From: Octopus vulgaris
Taxonomy: Eukaryota
Assembly: GCA_951406725.2 (NCBI GenBank)
Contig: OX597830.1
Span: 31,496,001-31,560,000, forward strand
Length of the DNA stretch: 64,000 bases
Reading direction: 5' to 3'
Position 1 is the stretch's first letter. Every line of letters starts with the position of its first letter. This document shows positions 27,389 to 41,216 of the stretch, one piece after another. A program made the position numbers and the translations under genes. The notes under the pieces are model-generated. The model did not search any database. It had not been told where the DNA came from and was given only the letters and a program-made list of their open reading frames with translations.

Positions 27389-27578
27389 GGTGTGAGAAGA
27401 TGGTTAAGTAATAGTTAATTTAGATAAGATACAAAGTAGAGAGAGAGGTGGAGGAATGAAAATAGATGTGAGATATGCAGGGATATTGTACAATATCCCT
27501 GCATATCTCATATCTCCACTTTACTCTCTGTTTCGTATCTTATCTAAATTAACTATTGCTTAACCATTTTCTCACACC

Positions 27579-27626
27579 GTCTCTGATGAAGGTATATGAT
27601 AGATATCCTAGAAACAGCTGTAAGAC
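27579..27626 (+). ncRNA. Minimal type-I hammerhead ribozyme motif
   Basis: GTCT-CTGATGA-[aggtatatgatagatatccta]-GAAA-CAGCTG-TA-AGAC: stem I GTCT/AGAC, palindromic stem III, GUA triplet. Stem II closure is imperfect. Confidence 0.75.
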
Positions 27627-29014
27627 CATCTATTTATAAATGTTCTAAAATCTACACATCCTTGGTTTTTTATCTTGTTACGGAAAAATTTTTTTTTATA
27701 TACACACGGTGATATATGACCTAGGTTGGACCCCTTATTTGCATAATCACCGAACCTGGAACTCAGCTATAGTCTATCCATAAGCACATATTCAGTATTA
27801 CCTGACACCTTTGGTTCTTACTGACACCATTACCACTCATAACCTATATATATATATAAATTTATATATATATATATACATTACAGATATAGGGTGAAAG
27901 ATAATTAATTAAATAAAATCAACAAATTTCAACTAGTAGTTTTTCGGCATGGAAAAGGACCACATTCAGTAAAAACTTATACAAAAAGTTTTTTTATATA
28001 TAATTATAACAATAAGGGTTTTGCAACAAGTTGCTTGACCACATACCGAAAATTTTATGTCCCTGTAACTTAGTGATTTGGCAAAAGAGAATGATACAAT
28101 AATTCCTGGGGTCAATTTGTTTAACTAGAGGTCATGCTCCAGCATGGCCACAGTCAATGACTGAAACTAGTAAAAGAATAAAACAATAAAAGAATATACT
28201 CTCACACATATATGTGAGTGGATATATACATGCATTAATCTTACACACACATGCACACACTCTCTGTCTCTCACACACACACACAGACACACATGAATGT
28301 AAATACATATGCATTATAATCTGGCTTACTGAAGGCCTTTGCAACATAATACTGAAAGGGCCTGCAAGACAAATGAGTCTGATGCAGTTCATCTTGAGCT
28401 TGATAGGCACCTGTGTAACAATGATGTCATATAATAAATACATAGGTGTGAATGAAAACTCAGGAAGGTGACATACTGCAGAGCAAGGGCTGAGAAAAAC
28501 AGTTTTTGTGTGTCCATGTTTGTACTGCACATGAAGGATGTCAAGGGTGAAAAACCTTATTTCCAAATTTTAAACCCCCAAAATTAGGAGGTTCCTTATA
28601 CACATTAAAATACAGCCGATTTCTTGCAAAAGTAATTCTCTAGCCAAAGTGAACTAACTTTGACTTTACAGACACTGGGTACCTAGGGTTATATTATCCA
28701 CTGTGGCCTTCATTTTTATGTCAGTAATAAATGATTTAAAAATTTAGTTGTTATTTCTAACATGTTGATCAACTGCATAGAAGTCTTGCTTACTGTTGTG
28801 TTGCTGGTGTTTAACTGCAGACCAGCTCATATCAAGCACACATTTGAGATGAACCAAAGACAATCCAGCAATGACCACCCTTTCCTTTTTGTTTTTTTCC
28901 TAGACATAATGTATCTAGGATTACATAATTTAATGTTTCATTCCATTTGTAATAAGGATAATAATGGTTCCTGACATTGCTTATGCTTAAACAATTAAAG
29001 CATAATACTAATAC

Positions 29015-29072
<58 letters not shown>

Positions 29073-29205
29073 CAATGAAAACTATAGCAACAACAGCAAA
29101 ATTAAATCTATAACTAACGAATGAATGCAAATAGCACCAGATCACAGCTGGTGCACCTTCTATATTAGCTGCATTTAATTACTGCAAAATTGGAGAGAGA
29201 GAGAG

Positions 29206-29250
<45 letters not shown>

Positions 29251-29496
29251 GGGGAGAGAGAGAGAGCTTGATGAATACGGATAGATAGCTAGATTGTTAG
29301 CGAGAGAGACAGAGAGAGAATGATGAAGTGTCAGGTAGATATAGGTTGCATAGAGGGAATCAGAGATCGAGATATATAAACATAGATAGAGAGTGATTAA
29401 TATGCACAGGAAAATGGAGGATGACTGAGAACTATGTGTGTAAGTACTGTTTGTGTAGGTGTTTACATATGTGTATGTGTGTGTGTGAGTATATAT

Positions 29497-29534
<38 letters not shown>

Positions 29535-29644
29535 GTTTACTTATATATGTATACACACACACATAGATATGCATATATATACATACATACATATAATATA
29601 TCTATCTATCTATATATCTATACATATATACATATATATATATG

Positions 29645-29695
<51 letters not shown>

Positions 29696-29797
29696 AAATA
29701 AGAAAATGGAAAATACATTGTTGGGTACTTCACTAGCAGTATATTGGATATATGTAATCCCATGGAGGGTTGCATTTACAACCCCTATCTCAATTTG

Positions 29798-29828
<31 letters not shown>

Positions 29829-30356
29829 AGATAGATTGATAGATATAAAAGCAGAGAGAAATTGTGAGAATTAGAGATGGGGAGGAACAAAGAGAGAAGG
29901 AGCAAGGAGGGAACTCAAGCAATATTGCAAAAGAAGGGTTTTGTTGATGCTAATAAGAGTGGGGCCCCCGCTGGCTAAGATGACCAGGTAGTTGCTATTA
30001 ACCTGAATGCAAAAGCGCAGGTAATGCCAAAGGCAGAAGGGCAGGTTTTATGTGAAAAACAAAGGAGATTGGTTTTGAAGGACCTACAGAATAAGGTGTG
30101 ATGCAACACTGTGATGGAAATGGTTTCTTTTAACCATTTAACATTTAGATTACTTTGTCAAATGTAATTCTTAATTTATTGTTTTGAATTAGTTGTGCAT
30201 TATCTTGTAGCTTGGATGCTCTGATGACGTGATTGTGTAGTTTTTTAGAATGACATTGTAGAGTAGGTGTGAGAAGCTGGATCTGGTGCAATTTGGGGCT
30301 GGATATGGCAGGTTTAAATTCTAAAGTGTTAAATCAATTCTGCTTCTAAACACCAC

Positions 30357-30558
30357 TGCCAACCAAAGCCTTGTGAGTGGATTTGGTAGACAGAAACTTA
30401 AAGAAGCCCGTCGTATATATGTATGAATATTGGCGTTAGGAAGGGCATCCAGCTGTAGAAACACTGCCAGATCACACTGGGCCTGGTGCAGCCTTCTGGC
30501 TTCCCAGACCCCAGTTGAACCGTCCAACCCATGCTAGCATGGAAAACGGACGTTAAAC

Positions 30559-30598
<40 letters not shown>

Positions 30599-30860
30599 CT
30601 GATATATATATATGTGTGTGTGTGTGTATGTATGTGTGTCTGTGTTTGTCCCCCCCCCCCCAACATCGCTTGACAACCGATGCTGGTGTGCTTACGTCCC
30701 TGTACTTGTAACTTAGCAGTTCGGTAAAAGAGACCGATAGAATAAGTACTAGAAGTACTTGGCTTACAAAGAATAAGTCCTGGGGTCGATCTGCTCGACT
30801 AAAGGCAGTGCTCCAGCATGGCCACAGTCAAATAACTGAAACAAGTAAAAGAGTAAAAGG
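30357..30860 (+). mobile_element. Family-A SINE with an RTE-type 3' fragment (family D, 30431-30597) nested in its (TA)n
   Basis: tggcgttaggaagggcatccagc...gcatggaaaacggacgttaaacga(tga)n lies between the two SINE halves. Confidence 0.85.
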
Positions 30861-30874
30861 GTATACATACATAC

Positions 30875-31195
30875 TGGCACTCCATCGGTCACAATGATGT
30901 GGGTTCCATTTGATCCGAGCAATGAAACGGCTTGCTCATGAAATAAACATGCAAGTGGCTGAGTACTCCACAGACACACATACCCTTAACGTAGTTCACT
31001 GGGAGATTCAGCGTGACACAGAATGTGACAAGGCTGGCACTTTTGAAATACAGGCTCTACTCATTTTTACTAGCTGAGTGGACTGGAGCAACGTGAAATA
31101 AAGTGTCTTGCTCAAGGACACAGTATGTCACCAGGAATTGAAATCACAACCTTACAATCATGAGCCAGTTACCCTAACCACTAAGCCACAGACCT
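30875..31195 (-). mobile_element. tRNA-head SINE with CORE-like box
   Basis: Minus strand GGCTTAGTGGTTAGGG head and gtgtccttgagcaagacacttta box. Confidence 0.75.
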
Positions 31196-32739
31196 AGTGG
31201 TTAGGATTTTCTGACTGGCACACCTAATGAAAAATTACCTTCAAATTTTTTTTGTAATGCAGCCCACCTGATGAAGGGCCATGGTTCATGCGGCCCACTT
31301 CTCAAAGAAAATGGTTATCAATTCCAGCATTAATACTTCGTCTCTCGCTTGATTTATTGCAATGATGTTATTTAGCCCTAGGTCATATTTGGTCCAGTAG
31401 ACCCTTGATAAAAGTCATTCAAGCTATATGATTATCCTTTCCACCAATGTTTTTGTTTGGGTGTTTTCTATTTTTAATTGTCTTTTTTGTGGGGGCGGGG
31501 GTAAGGAGGGTGGAGGAGGTTGCAGGAATTGTATGCCGATCTTTGGCTCCTACTTCCACTCCCACTCTCACTCCTGCTCCTGCTCCCCCCTCCTACTCTA
31601 ATCCACTCCATGTGTAACATAAAGAAATATAACACTTGTGTCTTCTATTGTGCTTCAAATGTCAATGGTGATGTCATGAGTTCTTGTGTGTGTGTGTGTG
31701 TGTGTGTATGCACGTGTCTGCATGTGTGTGTGTGTGCGTGTGTGTTTGTGTGTGTGCGTGTGTGTGTGTGTGTGTGTGTGAGTGTGTTTGTATGTGTGTG
31801 TAGGTGTATGCATATAGGTGAGTATGATCACATGTGTGTGTATGTGTCTGAGTGCATATGTGTGTGTGTGTGTAGGTGTATGCATATAGGTGAGTATGAT
31901 TACATGTGTGTGTGTGTATAGTTGTACATGTGCATGTGTATGGTTTTGTGTGTGTTTCTGTATGTGATTGTGTATATGTAGACATATGTGTATGCATATG
32001 TATATGAATGATTGTACGCTTGCATGTGTGTGCGTTTGTGTGTGTGTGTGTGTGTGTGTGTGGTTATATAGGTGTATATATATGTGCGTATGTGTCTATT
32101 TTTATGTGTCCGTGTGTAGGCAGATTTGTGTATGTATGTGTATGAGGGGGTCCATCATCATCACCATCATCCTTATCATCATCTTCATCCTCCTCATCAT
32201 CATCACCTTCATCATCATCATTGTCATAATCATCATGATCATCACCACCATGATCATCATGATCATCATGATCATCATGATCATCACCATCATCAACATC
32301 ATCATCATCACCACCACCACCATCATCATTTAACACCACCTTGTGCTTATTAGACAAGCTAAAAATAACAGCTAAATTACCTTCAAACCTTATGCCCTAC
32401 CATTCCCCTCACCAAAATACGAAGTAAACATTACAAACTACAGTTAGTTCTACATTATCAAATGTAGGCCTCTACTTTCACTAGAGATAGTCATATCTGG
32501 AATGTCATTTATCATAACAACAACAACAACAACAACAACAATAACAATAATATTAGTTTGAAATTTTGGTGCGACACAAACAATTCTGGTGGAATTTGAA
32601 CTCAGAACGTAAAGGTGGATGAAATACGACTAAGTATTTCACCCGGTGTGTTAATGTTTCTACCGGCTCGCCGCTTTAACAGCCTGACTAATAATGAAAA
32701 CCTTGTCCTTAGCATTAACACCACTACCACCACCACCAA

Positions 32740-32770
<31 letters not shown>

Positions 32771-33580
32771 GCCAGAAACAGCAGCACTCACTATGAAAGG
32801 ATATGAACATGATGAAAACAAAGAGTATTGGAACTAAATAAAGGTTTTACTTCCAGGTGGAATATCACATTTCAGGAAAGAACAGATTAGTACCTTAGTC
32901 TTTAGAAGATGTGTGTGTGTGAGTGGATGTATACGTGTGTATGTGTGCGTATGCATGTATTTGCATGTGTAGTGAGTGTGTGTGTGTGTGTGTATGTGAG
33001 GTGTGTGAGTGAATGCGTGATATGAGTGTGTATGTGTGAGTATGTGTGTGTGTAAATGTATGTAGTGTGTGTGTGAGTGTGTGTGTGTATGTAGTGTGTA
33101 TGTATGTATGTATGCCATGTATATTGAGTGTGTGTATGCGTATGTGAAGTATGTGTGCATATGTGTAATATGCATGTGTGTATGTGTAAATATGTGTATG
33201 TGTACATGTGTACTGTATGTGTGTGTGTGTGTGTAGTATGTGTGTATAAGCTTTGTTTCAATTGTCATTTATATTTTTATATTTTGTTTTTAGACTTTTG
33301 TTTCTTGTTTATTTTTTAATTATTATTTTTGTTTCTGTTGTTAATTGATTCTGTTTCGGTTTCATCTACTTGATATCAATGAACAAACTGTGACTTCAAA
33401 TTCACTGCAGAGGGGTTGGCGTTAGGAAGGGCATCCGGCCATAAAAACCCTGCCAAAACAGACATAGTAGACTAGGATAACCTACCTGGTCAGCTCCTGT
33501 CAACTGTCCTGTCCATGCATGCATGGAAGACAGACGTTAAACGATGATGATGATGATGTCATCATCATATGTGTGTGTGT

Positions 33581-33649
<69 letters not shown>

Positions 33650-33986
33650 TGTGAGTCTACATACACATGTATGCACAACAGGCTTATTTCCATTTCTGCC
33701 AACCAAATCCATTCCGAAAGCTTTGGCTATAGTAGAAGATACTTGTCATTCTTGTCCTTGGTGCCATATAGTGGGATCGAACCTGAAACCACATAGTTGA
33801 GAAGTGAACATTTTAGCAACACAACCTGCCTGTGCCCCTCACTGCCATGCTTCTACAATATACACATACACACATGCACATATATACACATATCCATTAT
33901 GCAATATTATAAAAGCTCTGCTGGGGTGGTGGGCTGGCATTAGCATGCCCAGCGAAATACTTAGAGGTAATTTCATCCATCTATAT

Positions 33987-34214
33987 CAGGGGTTCCCAAG
34001 CAGTAGTTCCTGATCCCTTGGGTGCGTGTGTGTGTGTGGGGGGGGGGTCACGAAGTCTTGGCAGTAGGGTCATGTAACTCTGCTAGAAGTGGCTTGGGAT
34101 AATATTAATTAATTAAAATGTAAATCAAACTGCTGATAGTAGGGGCTGGGGTCACGTGGGTTTCAAGGTTATTTGGGTAAGGGATCCCAAGTGCAAAAAT
34201 GTTGGGAACTACTG
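33987..34214. mobile_element. hAT/Charlie-type MITE inserted in a family-B SINE
   Basis: TIRs CAGGGGTTCCCAA / TTGGGAACTACTG. Perfect 8-bp TSD ATCTATAT at 33979-33986 and 34215-34222. Confidence 0.9.
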
Positions 34215-36109
34215 ATCTATATGTTCTGAATTTAAATACCACTGAGGTCGACTTTGCCTTTCATCTTTTTTTTTTTTTGGAGTGTGTGGTCGATAAAATA
34301 AGAACCAATCAAGCACTGGAGTCGATGTAATTGACTCACTTCATGCTCTGAATTTGTTGGCCTTGTCCTAAAATCTGAAACCAAGATCATACAACCTCTG
34401 TACATGTAATGTGTAAGAAAACCATAGATAATTATTCTCATGGAAATTGTAGTTTCATAACATCTTTGTTTATTCAGTTATCTATGTCTAAAATTACCAT
34501 CATCTTCATTTAATGTCCATTTTTCCTACTAGCAGAGGTTGGATGGTTTGACAGGAGCTGATAATCCAGGGATCTGCACCAAACTTTATTAGTTGTTTTG
34601 GCAGGATTTCTAAGGCTGCATGTACTTCCTAACACAAATTGCTTGACAGATCATAGACGGTGCTTTTTATGTGACCTCAGCACTGGTGAGGTCACTAAGT
34701 AACTTGCAAGGCAAGACCTCTTAATGGGGCAGGGAGTAGTTCTGAGGCAGGTGGTTTTATGCTCTAGGATGAGAGGTTATGGTATGAAAGAGGGACAGAA
34801 ACAGGTGTTTTGCTGTAGAGAAGGAGAGAGAAAAAGAAGATGGTGAAGAACTTGTGTCAGGATGTATCCTCAGTCAAATGTTCTAGTGGTTGGAGTCATG
34901 AACTCATGATCATCAGGGCATTAGTTCAATCCTTCAAGCAGGTAGCAAGTGCTGACAATGAGCAGAACACTTCACTTCATGGTGGTCCAGATCCAGTCAA
35001 CTCTACTGTAAATGAGTAGTACCAATCTTGATCTGATTCCAGGCTTCTATTCCTCCTGCCAGGCCTACAGTGTGATGTCTGAAAGACTTTCCATGCCTGC
35101 TCCATGACTTGATAGTCACTGGAAACAATGAGTGAAAGCATGGTAAGAGCTATCTAGTTATATTCACTTGTAACTATGGTTTATTGGAAGAAAGAAAGTG
35201 AAAGAGAATGAACAGGGAAGGAAAAAGAGAGAGAAGGAGAGGGAGTGGTAGTTTATAGAGAGGAGACAGAGGTGGGGATCGAGGGAGGGATATAATGATA
35301 GAGTTGGTTCATTTTTAATAGACATGTTGTTTACATTGTCTCGTTACATCTCTCGTTAACAAGTGAGACATGTATTTTAATTAAATGACTTGGTTTTGCT
35401 TTATTTTTTCTTCTGCGGCATTTTAAATTTAATTACTTTATATATAAAAAAAAGGCACATATTAGAAACAAACACAGAACAAAAAAATATATGAATTATA
35501 TTTTAATAAAAGAATAATAATTGCATTAAAAGAAAAAGACAAAATACATATACGTCAATAAATTAAAAAGTATATTTTTAATAAAAAAAAATCCCATAAT
35601 AATAATAATAATTATATTAAAACATAGAGACAGAAAACAAATATAATAATATTAAAATCTAAAATTGAATTTAGTAAAGAAAAAATAAATGCATATTACA
35701 AGAAAAAAGCTTAAAACAAAAGACATGCTATAATGGAATAAATAAAAGAAATTGAATAAAAATAGAATAATTAAATTTTGAATTAAATTTAAAAACTCAT
35801 AAAACAAAATATAAGGATAAAATATTTAAATATATTTAAAAAAAAAGAAATTCATGTTACAAAAAAGAAATGATTATTAAAATAAAATCATAATAATATT
35901 TATAGAAAAGAAAAAAACTTTGCTTGTGTCATATCCATTTTTCTATTCTAGGAAAGTCTGGAAGATATATATTCTTGAAGAATTGGTTTATAGACATGCC
36001 TTCCTGTTGCTCATCCATGCCTGTTCTGCAAGTGAGGAATTTGTTTCCTTCACTTGTCTTTGAAAGTACAGTCGTTATCGTCATTATCATCATCATCATC
36101 ATCATCATA

Positions 36110-36530
36110 ATCATCATCATTTAGTATCCGTTTTCCACATTGGCATGGGTTTAGACTGTTTGACTGCGACTGGTAAGCTGGAGAGCTGCATTAGGCTCCA
36201 ATCTGATTTGGCTCAGTTTCTGCGGATGGATACCCTTCCTAACATCGACTACTCCAAGAGTGTAGCAGATGCCTGTTATGTGTCACTGGCATGGGTGCCT
36301 TTACGTGTTATCAGCACTGGCCATGATTACAATTTCACTTGGCTTGACGTATCTTCTCAAGCACAGAAAATCACCAAAGGCCTCAATCACTTGTCATTGC
36401 CTCCATAAGAGACAACATCCAAATATCATACTTCACTCATGTCTTCCTGGGTCTACCACTTCCATAGGTTCCCTCAACAGTTAGAGATTGGCACTTCTTT
36501 ATGCAGCTGTCCTCATCCATACACATTAAG
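36110..36530 (-). mobile_element. RTE LINE 3' end: ORF remnant joined to the family-D sequence
   Basis: MDEDSCIKKCQSLTVEGTYGSGRPRKT* (RTE GRPRKTW motif), then the ttaggaagggtatcc box and (TGA)n tail. Confidence 0.7.
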
Positions 36531-37183
36531 TTTGAGAATAATTTTTTTGATAAAGATTGTTGACTTAACGCTATGCCATCAACTAACAAGTGCAAGCATG
36601 GCTCTGTGGTGAAGAAGCTTGCTTTCCAACCACATGGTCCCTGGTTCAGTCCTACTTCATACCACTTCTACTATAGCCATAAGCTGATCAAATGCTTGTG
36701 AATCATCATCATCATCGTTTAACGTCTGCTTTCCATGCTAGCATGGGTTGGATGAATGACTGAGTGCTGGCGAACCAGATGGCTGCACCAGGCTTCAATC
36801 TTGATCTGGCAGAGTTTCTATGGCTGGATGCCCTTCCTAACGCCAACCACTCCGAGAGTGTAGTGGGTGCTTATTTGATAAATGGAAACTGAAGGAGCCT
36901 GTTGAATATATATTTCAGATATTTTGCAAACAACTTGCAGATGTAAGTGATACCATTTGAAAGCTCCACATAACAGATGCGTGCAAGTTCATGGGGTCAT
37001 CAGGGGAGAATGTGTGCTGTTGTGCGACCTTTCTCTCAATGGCATAATTGCACACCGCCATCCCTCCTCCACTGAGATGTGGACCCCCCACTTGCTAGAT
37101 CAGTTGGCTACTTGTTTCACTCAGTAAACAAAATCCATATGTGTGAGTGCATGCGTGTGTGAGTGCATGTGTGTGTGAGTGCA

Positions 37184-37214
<31 letters not shown>

Positions 37215-37874
37215 GTGCATGCATGTGTTCATGTGTTTGTTTTGTACCTGTGTTTATCCTACCACCACCACCACCACCACTTGAACAACTGGTGTTGGTA
37301 CATTTACACCCTCATAACTTAGAGGTATGGCAAAAGAAACTGACAGAGTAAGTACCAGGCTTGAGAAAACAAAAAGTATCGAGGCTGATTAGTCAGGTCC
37401 AATGAAGCTTGCACAGCATTTCATAGACACTCTCCACCCTACTGACATGATCCAAAGGCAAGCCAGGACAAGACATCCAGGGTTGACATGGGTTACAGGC
37501 TCAGCAATATGGAGTGCCATGATCCCAAGCACGTGCAAAAGATCCCCAAAATGTTTCGTGCCTTTCTGTGTATATCTAGTTTTATATCAGAGTGATCTTC
37601 TCAAAAAGACATGCTTTAACAAAAGCTAAGGGCTGCCTCACTTTCAGTGGTTTTTCCAGCATGCTGGACATCAACCGGGAATTTCTGAGGGTCCATTCCA
37701 TTATTTTCCGTTCTCTCTCCATTATTTTTTCCCCTCTCAATCCTTTCTGTTGAAGTGTGTAGGCTCAAAACATCCAAGACTTTTCTATTCTTCCCAAGCA
37801 TTAAACTAATACACCTGCTTGTTCCTTCACCTGCCCTCATCTTTTCTTTTCACTAAATTCGAACTCTCTCCCCC

Positions 37875-37940
<66 letters not shown>

Positions 37941-37977
37941 GTGTGTATATATATATATATTAACTTTATTATATAAA

Positions 37978-38193
37978 GGTGGCGAGGTGGCAGAATCGTT
38001 AGCAAGGTGGGTGAAATGCTTAGCAATATTTCGTCTGCCACTGCATTCTGAGTTCAAATTTCGCTGAGATTGACTTCGCCTATCATCCTTTCGGGGCTGA
38101 TAAGTTCAGTACCAGTTGAGTACTGGGGTCAATGTAATCAACTTGCCCCTTTCCCACTAGTACCTATAGTGGAAAGGATTGTTATTATTATCA

Positions 38194-38220
<27 letters not shown>
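37978..38220 (+). mobile_element. SINE family B with ATT-type tail
   Basis: Family-B head and body ending gaaaggattgttattatt. Confidence 0.8.
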
Positions 38221-38224
<4 letters not shown>

Positions 38225-38682
38225 AGCTTTAGAATGTATGTGTGTGTATATATATACACACACACACACTCATTCTAAAGTTATAGTTGTAATAATAATA
38301 ATAATGATGATGATGATGATGATGAGAACATTTTGAAGTGCAAAAATATTTGATTTATAGTGTAAGGCATTGTCATTCTTAGTGCAAAGCAATTCATCTC
38401 ACATCATGGACAATTAATTTCTCTGTTTGTTTTATTTATACCCTTTCTCCGTTATTTACTTACATATTTGTTTATTTCTCTCTGATGACAAATCCTTTAT
38501 TTATAAAAAACGATTCCTGTTAAGAGATTGCATTAACTTCTTATACAGTTAATGCAATAACACCTTGACTATCACGGGTGTTATGTTCCCAAACCCTCTC
38601 CATGATAGGTGAGAATCCATGAAGTAGAAACAGTACTGTACTGTATATATATGTTTTTAAAAATATAATTTGTATATATTTA

Positions 38683-39076
38683 TCTCTATATATATAAAGC
38701 TGAAGTTGTCTGTGTATGGCAGGTTTGGTAGCCTTCAATTAATACTATCTCCTCCGAGACCCTGCAGAGCAAGTTGACCAAAATTGAAAGTATGATAGAA
38801 GAAGGCTTGTTCTTCCTTCCGTAGAAGAAAAAATTCAAATCGGACCATATTAAGACCAAAAATTATTTACATCAAAAAGGTGCATTTTTTTTCTATGAAA
38901 ATCCCTATATTTTACGATTTTTTGACTGCTGTGCCGCCATTTTTCGGTGTATTTCAACCAGAAAAATGTTTACTTAAAGAGAATAACAAGCTACATAATG
39001 CAAAATTTTTACTTTTCAAAAATTCCAATTCCAAAGGGTCGAAACAAACCTGAGCAACGCCGGGCAATACTGTTAG
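38683..39076 (+). mobile_element. Non-autonomous Helitron
   Basis: 5' TC(TC)TATATATATAAAG start after an A. 3' hairpin cctgagcaacgccggg followed by TTAG|T (CTAG-like). Confidence 0.7.
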
Positions 39077-39569
39077 TATTATTATAAATGTGAAACAACA
39101 CCACGGAGGAATCAACATAAGCTTAAATAATATATCACAATAGGTGAACTGTGATATGGCAAGGCATTACAGTATGTGTGTGTGTGTGAAGGCACATGGC
39201 CAAATGGTTTAGCTGTTGCTTTCATAATTGCTAGATTGTGGGTTCCATTCCCTGATTGTGTGGCACATTGTATTCTTGAGCAAAGCACTTCGTTTCACAT
39301 TGCTCCAGTCTTCCTTTCTATCAAGGGGGAGTGTTGGCCTGCTAGCATAGCCAGAGTGGTGGCATCATTTGATGGGTAAAATGATGCAAAGCGCATTGTG
39401 ATTAGTGATGTGTAACATCATCTGATAGTCCGGTTGTTCATATGATTACGTGATATATACATACCATACCTTGATACTGTGTGGACTAAGATCCCTAGTT
39501 GACAGGCTGCTCGTATTTATCTCCTGATTGATATCAGAAATAGTTGGATTGGCTCAAATATAAGAATAA

Positions 39570-39980
39570 TCTCTTTTACTCTTTACTCTTTTACTTGTTT
39601 CAGTCATTTGACTGTGGCCATGCTGGAGCACCACTTTTAGTCGAGCACATCGACCCTAGGACTTATTCTTTGTAAGTCTAGTACTTATTTTATCGTTCTC
39701 TTTTGCCCAACTGCTAAGTTACAGGGATGTAAACACACTACCATCGGTTGTCAAGCGATGTTGGAGGGACAAACACAGACACACAAACATATACACACAC
39801 ATACATATACATATATATGATGGGTTTCTTTCAGTTTCCTTCTACCAAATCCACTCACAAGGCTTTGGTTGGCCCAAGGCTATAGTAGAAGACACTTGCT
39901 CAAGGTGCCACACAGTGAGATTGAACCCGGAACCATGTGGTTTGTAAGCAAGCTACTTATCACACAGCCACTCCTACACC
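39570..39980 (-). mobile_element. SINE family A, full length
   Basis: Complete head, internal microsatellite and gagtaaaagag repeat tail. Confidence 0.9.
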
Positions 39981-41216
39981 TATATGTTAATGTTCAAAAT
40001 GTTAACTTCATGGTTGTTTAACTGAATATCAAACTAGGTGAGGGCAGGGGTTCAACATGTTGTTATATAGTGGTAGGCATGGATGGATGGTCAAAAAGCT
40101 CCTAACCATGTGGTTTCAGGTCCACAACAGACTTCCACATAGTTTCCATCTATGAAATTTACTCAGAAGGCATTGGGCAATCAGGTGTTATAGTAGGAAA
40201 CAACTTACTCAAGGTACCACACTGTGAGATTGAACCTGGGTCTGTGTTGTTGCAAAGCAGGCTCCCTAACCACACAGCTATGCCTACACCTATGATTTTT
40301 TGTTTGTTTTTGCTTTTTGTTTTTTACCGTTTTATATCATTATATACCATTTTATAGAATGCTACAAATGGTACAATTTCTGGATGTGTTTAAGAGTAGC
40401 CAACTTATTTGATTAGCTGTTCCTGCAATTACGCACATTGCTTGGCAACCATGTTTGATGATCAGTAATCAAAATGTACACACACACACACGCACACACA
40501 CACACACACACATACACACACACACGCACACACACACATACACATACACAAAGAAGCACGCATACACACAAAACATACACAAGCACTCAAACCTGTACAC
40601 ATGTGTTCATACAAACATGCACATACATACAAGTGTGTATATACTTTCATACTCACAAGAACAGAGAAAGATACGTACACATATGGACATAGATATACAG
40701 ACACAAGCACCCAATAATATGTATCTATATATATATATATGTGTGCATGTGTATATATGTGTATATATACATATTTGTGTGGGTGTGTGTGTATATATAT
40801 GTATGTATATACATATTTGTGCATGTGTATATATATATATGTATGTATATACATACATGTGTGTGCATGTGTGCGTATACATACACTCACACATATATAC
40901 ATAGTAGAGTAGATTAGTTTGCATGAAGCATTGTTTGATATATTGTTATATATATATATAAATGCAGCTGTGTGGTAATATCATCATTGTCTTCATTGTC
41001 GTTGTCGTCGTCGTCGTCATCATCATCATTATCATTATCATATCTTTTCATCTCTCTATTAATCTATACCTTCCTGCTCAAGGTGAAGCCATTTCTGGTC
41101 GCTTCAGAAAGGCTGTCACAACATGTTCAACTGCAGTTCAGCTGAAATTTTTGGTGGCCTTCCGAATCAAGAACTCAGAGTGCATGCATATCAATTTGAG
41201 TCACCTAGATGAAAAA

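Larger units (their letters stand above)
27273..27692. repeat. ~420-bp spacerless inverted repeat (two Penelope-like pLTR-type arms)
   Basis: Perfect 21-bp arms at 27469-27510 centred on GT|AC, with diverged arms extending ~200 bp each side. Each arm carries a hammerhead motif. Confidence 0.9.
27091..28190 (+). mobile_element. SINE family A split by ~800 bp of inserts in its internal (TA)n
   Basis: 5' half at 27091-27255, 3' half at about 28057-28190. Confidence 0.75.

Noticed and set aside
31268-31320. Hammerhead candidate CTGATGA-AGGGCC...GGCCC
   Set aside because: No GAAA follows stem II, and the downstream sequence matches the hAT MITE end seen near 3991.
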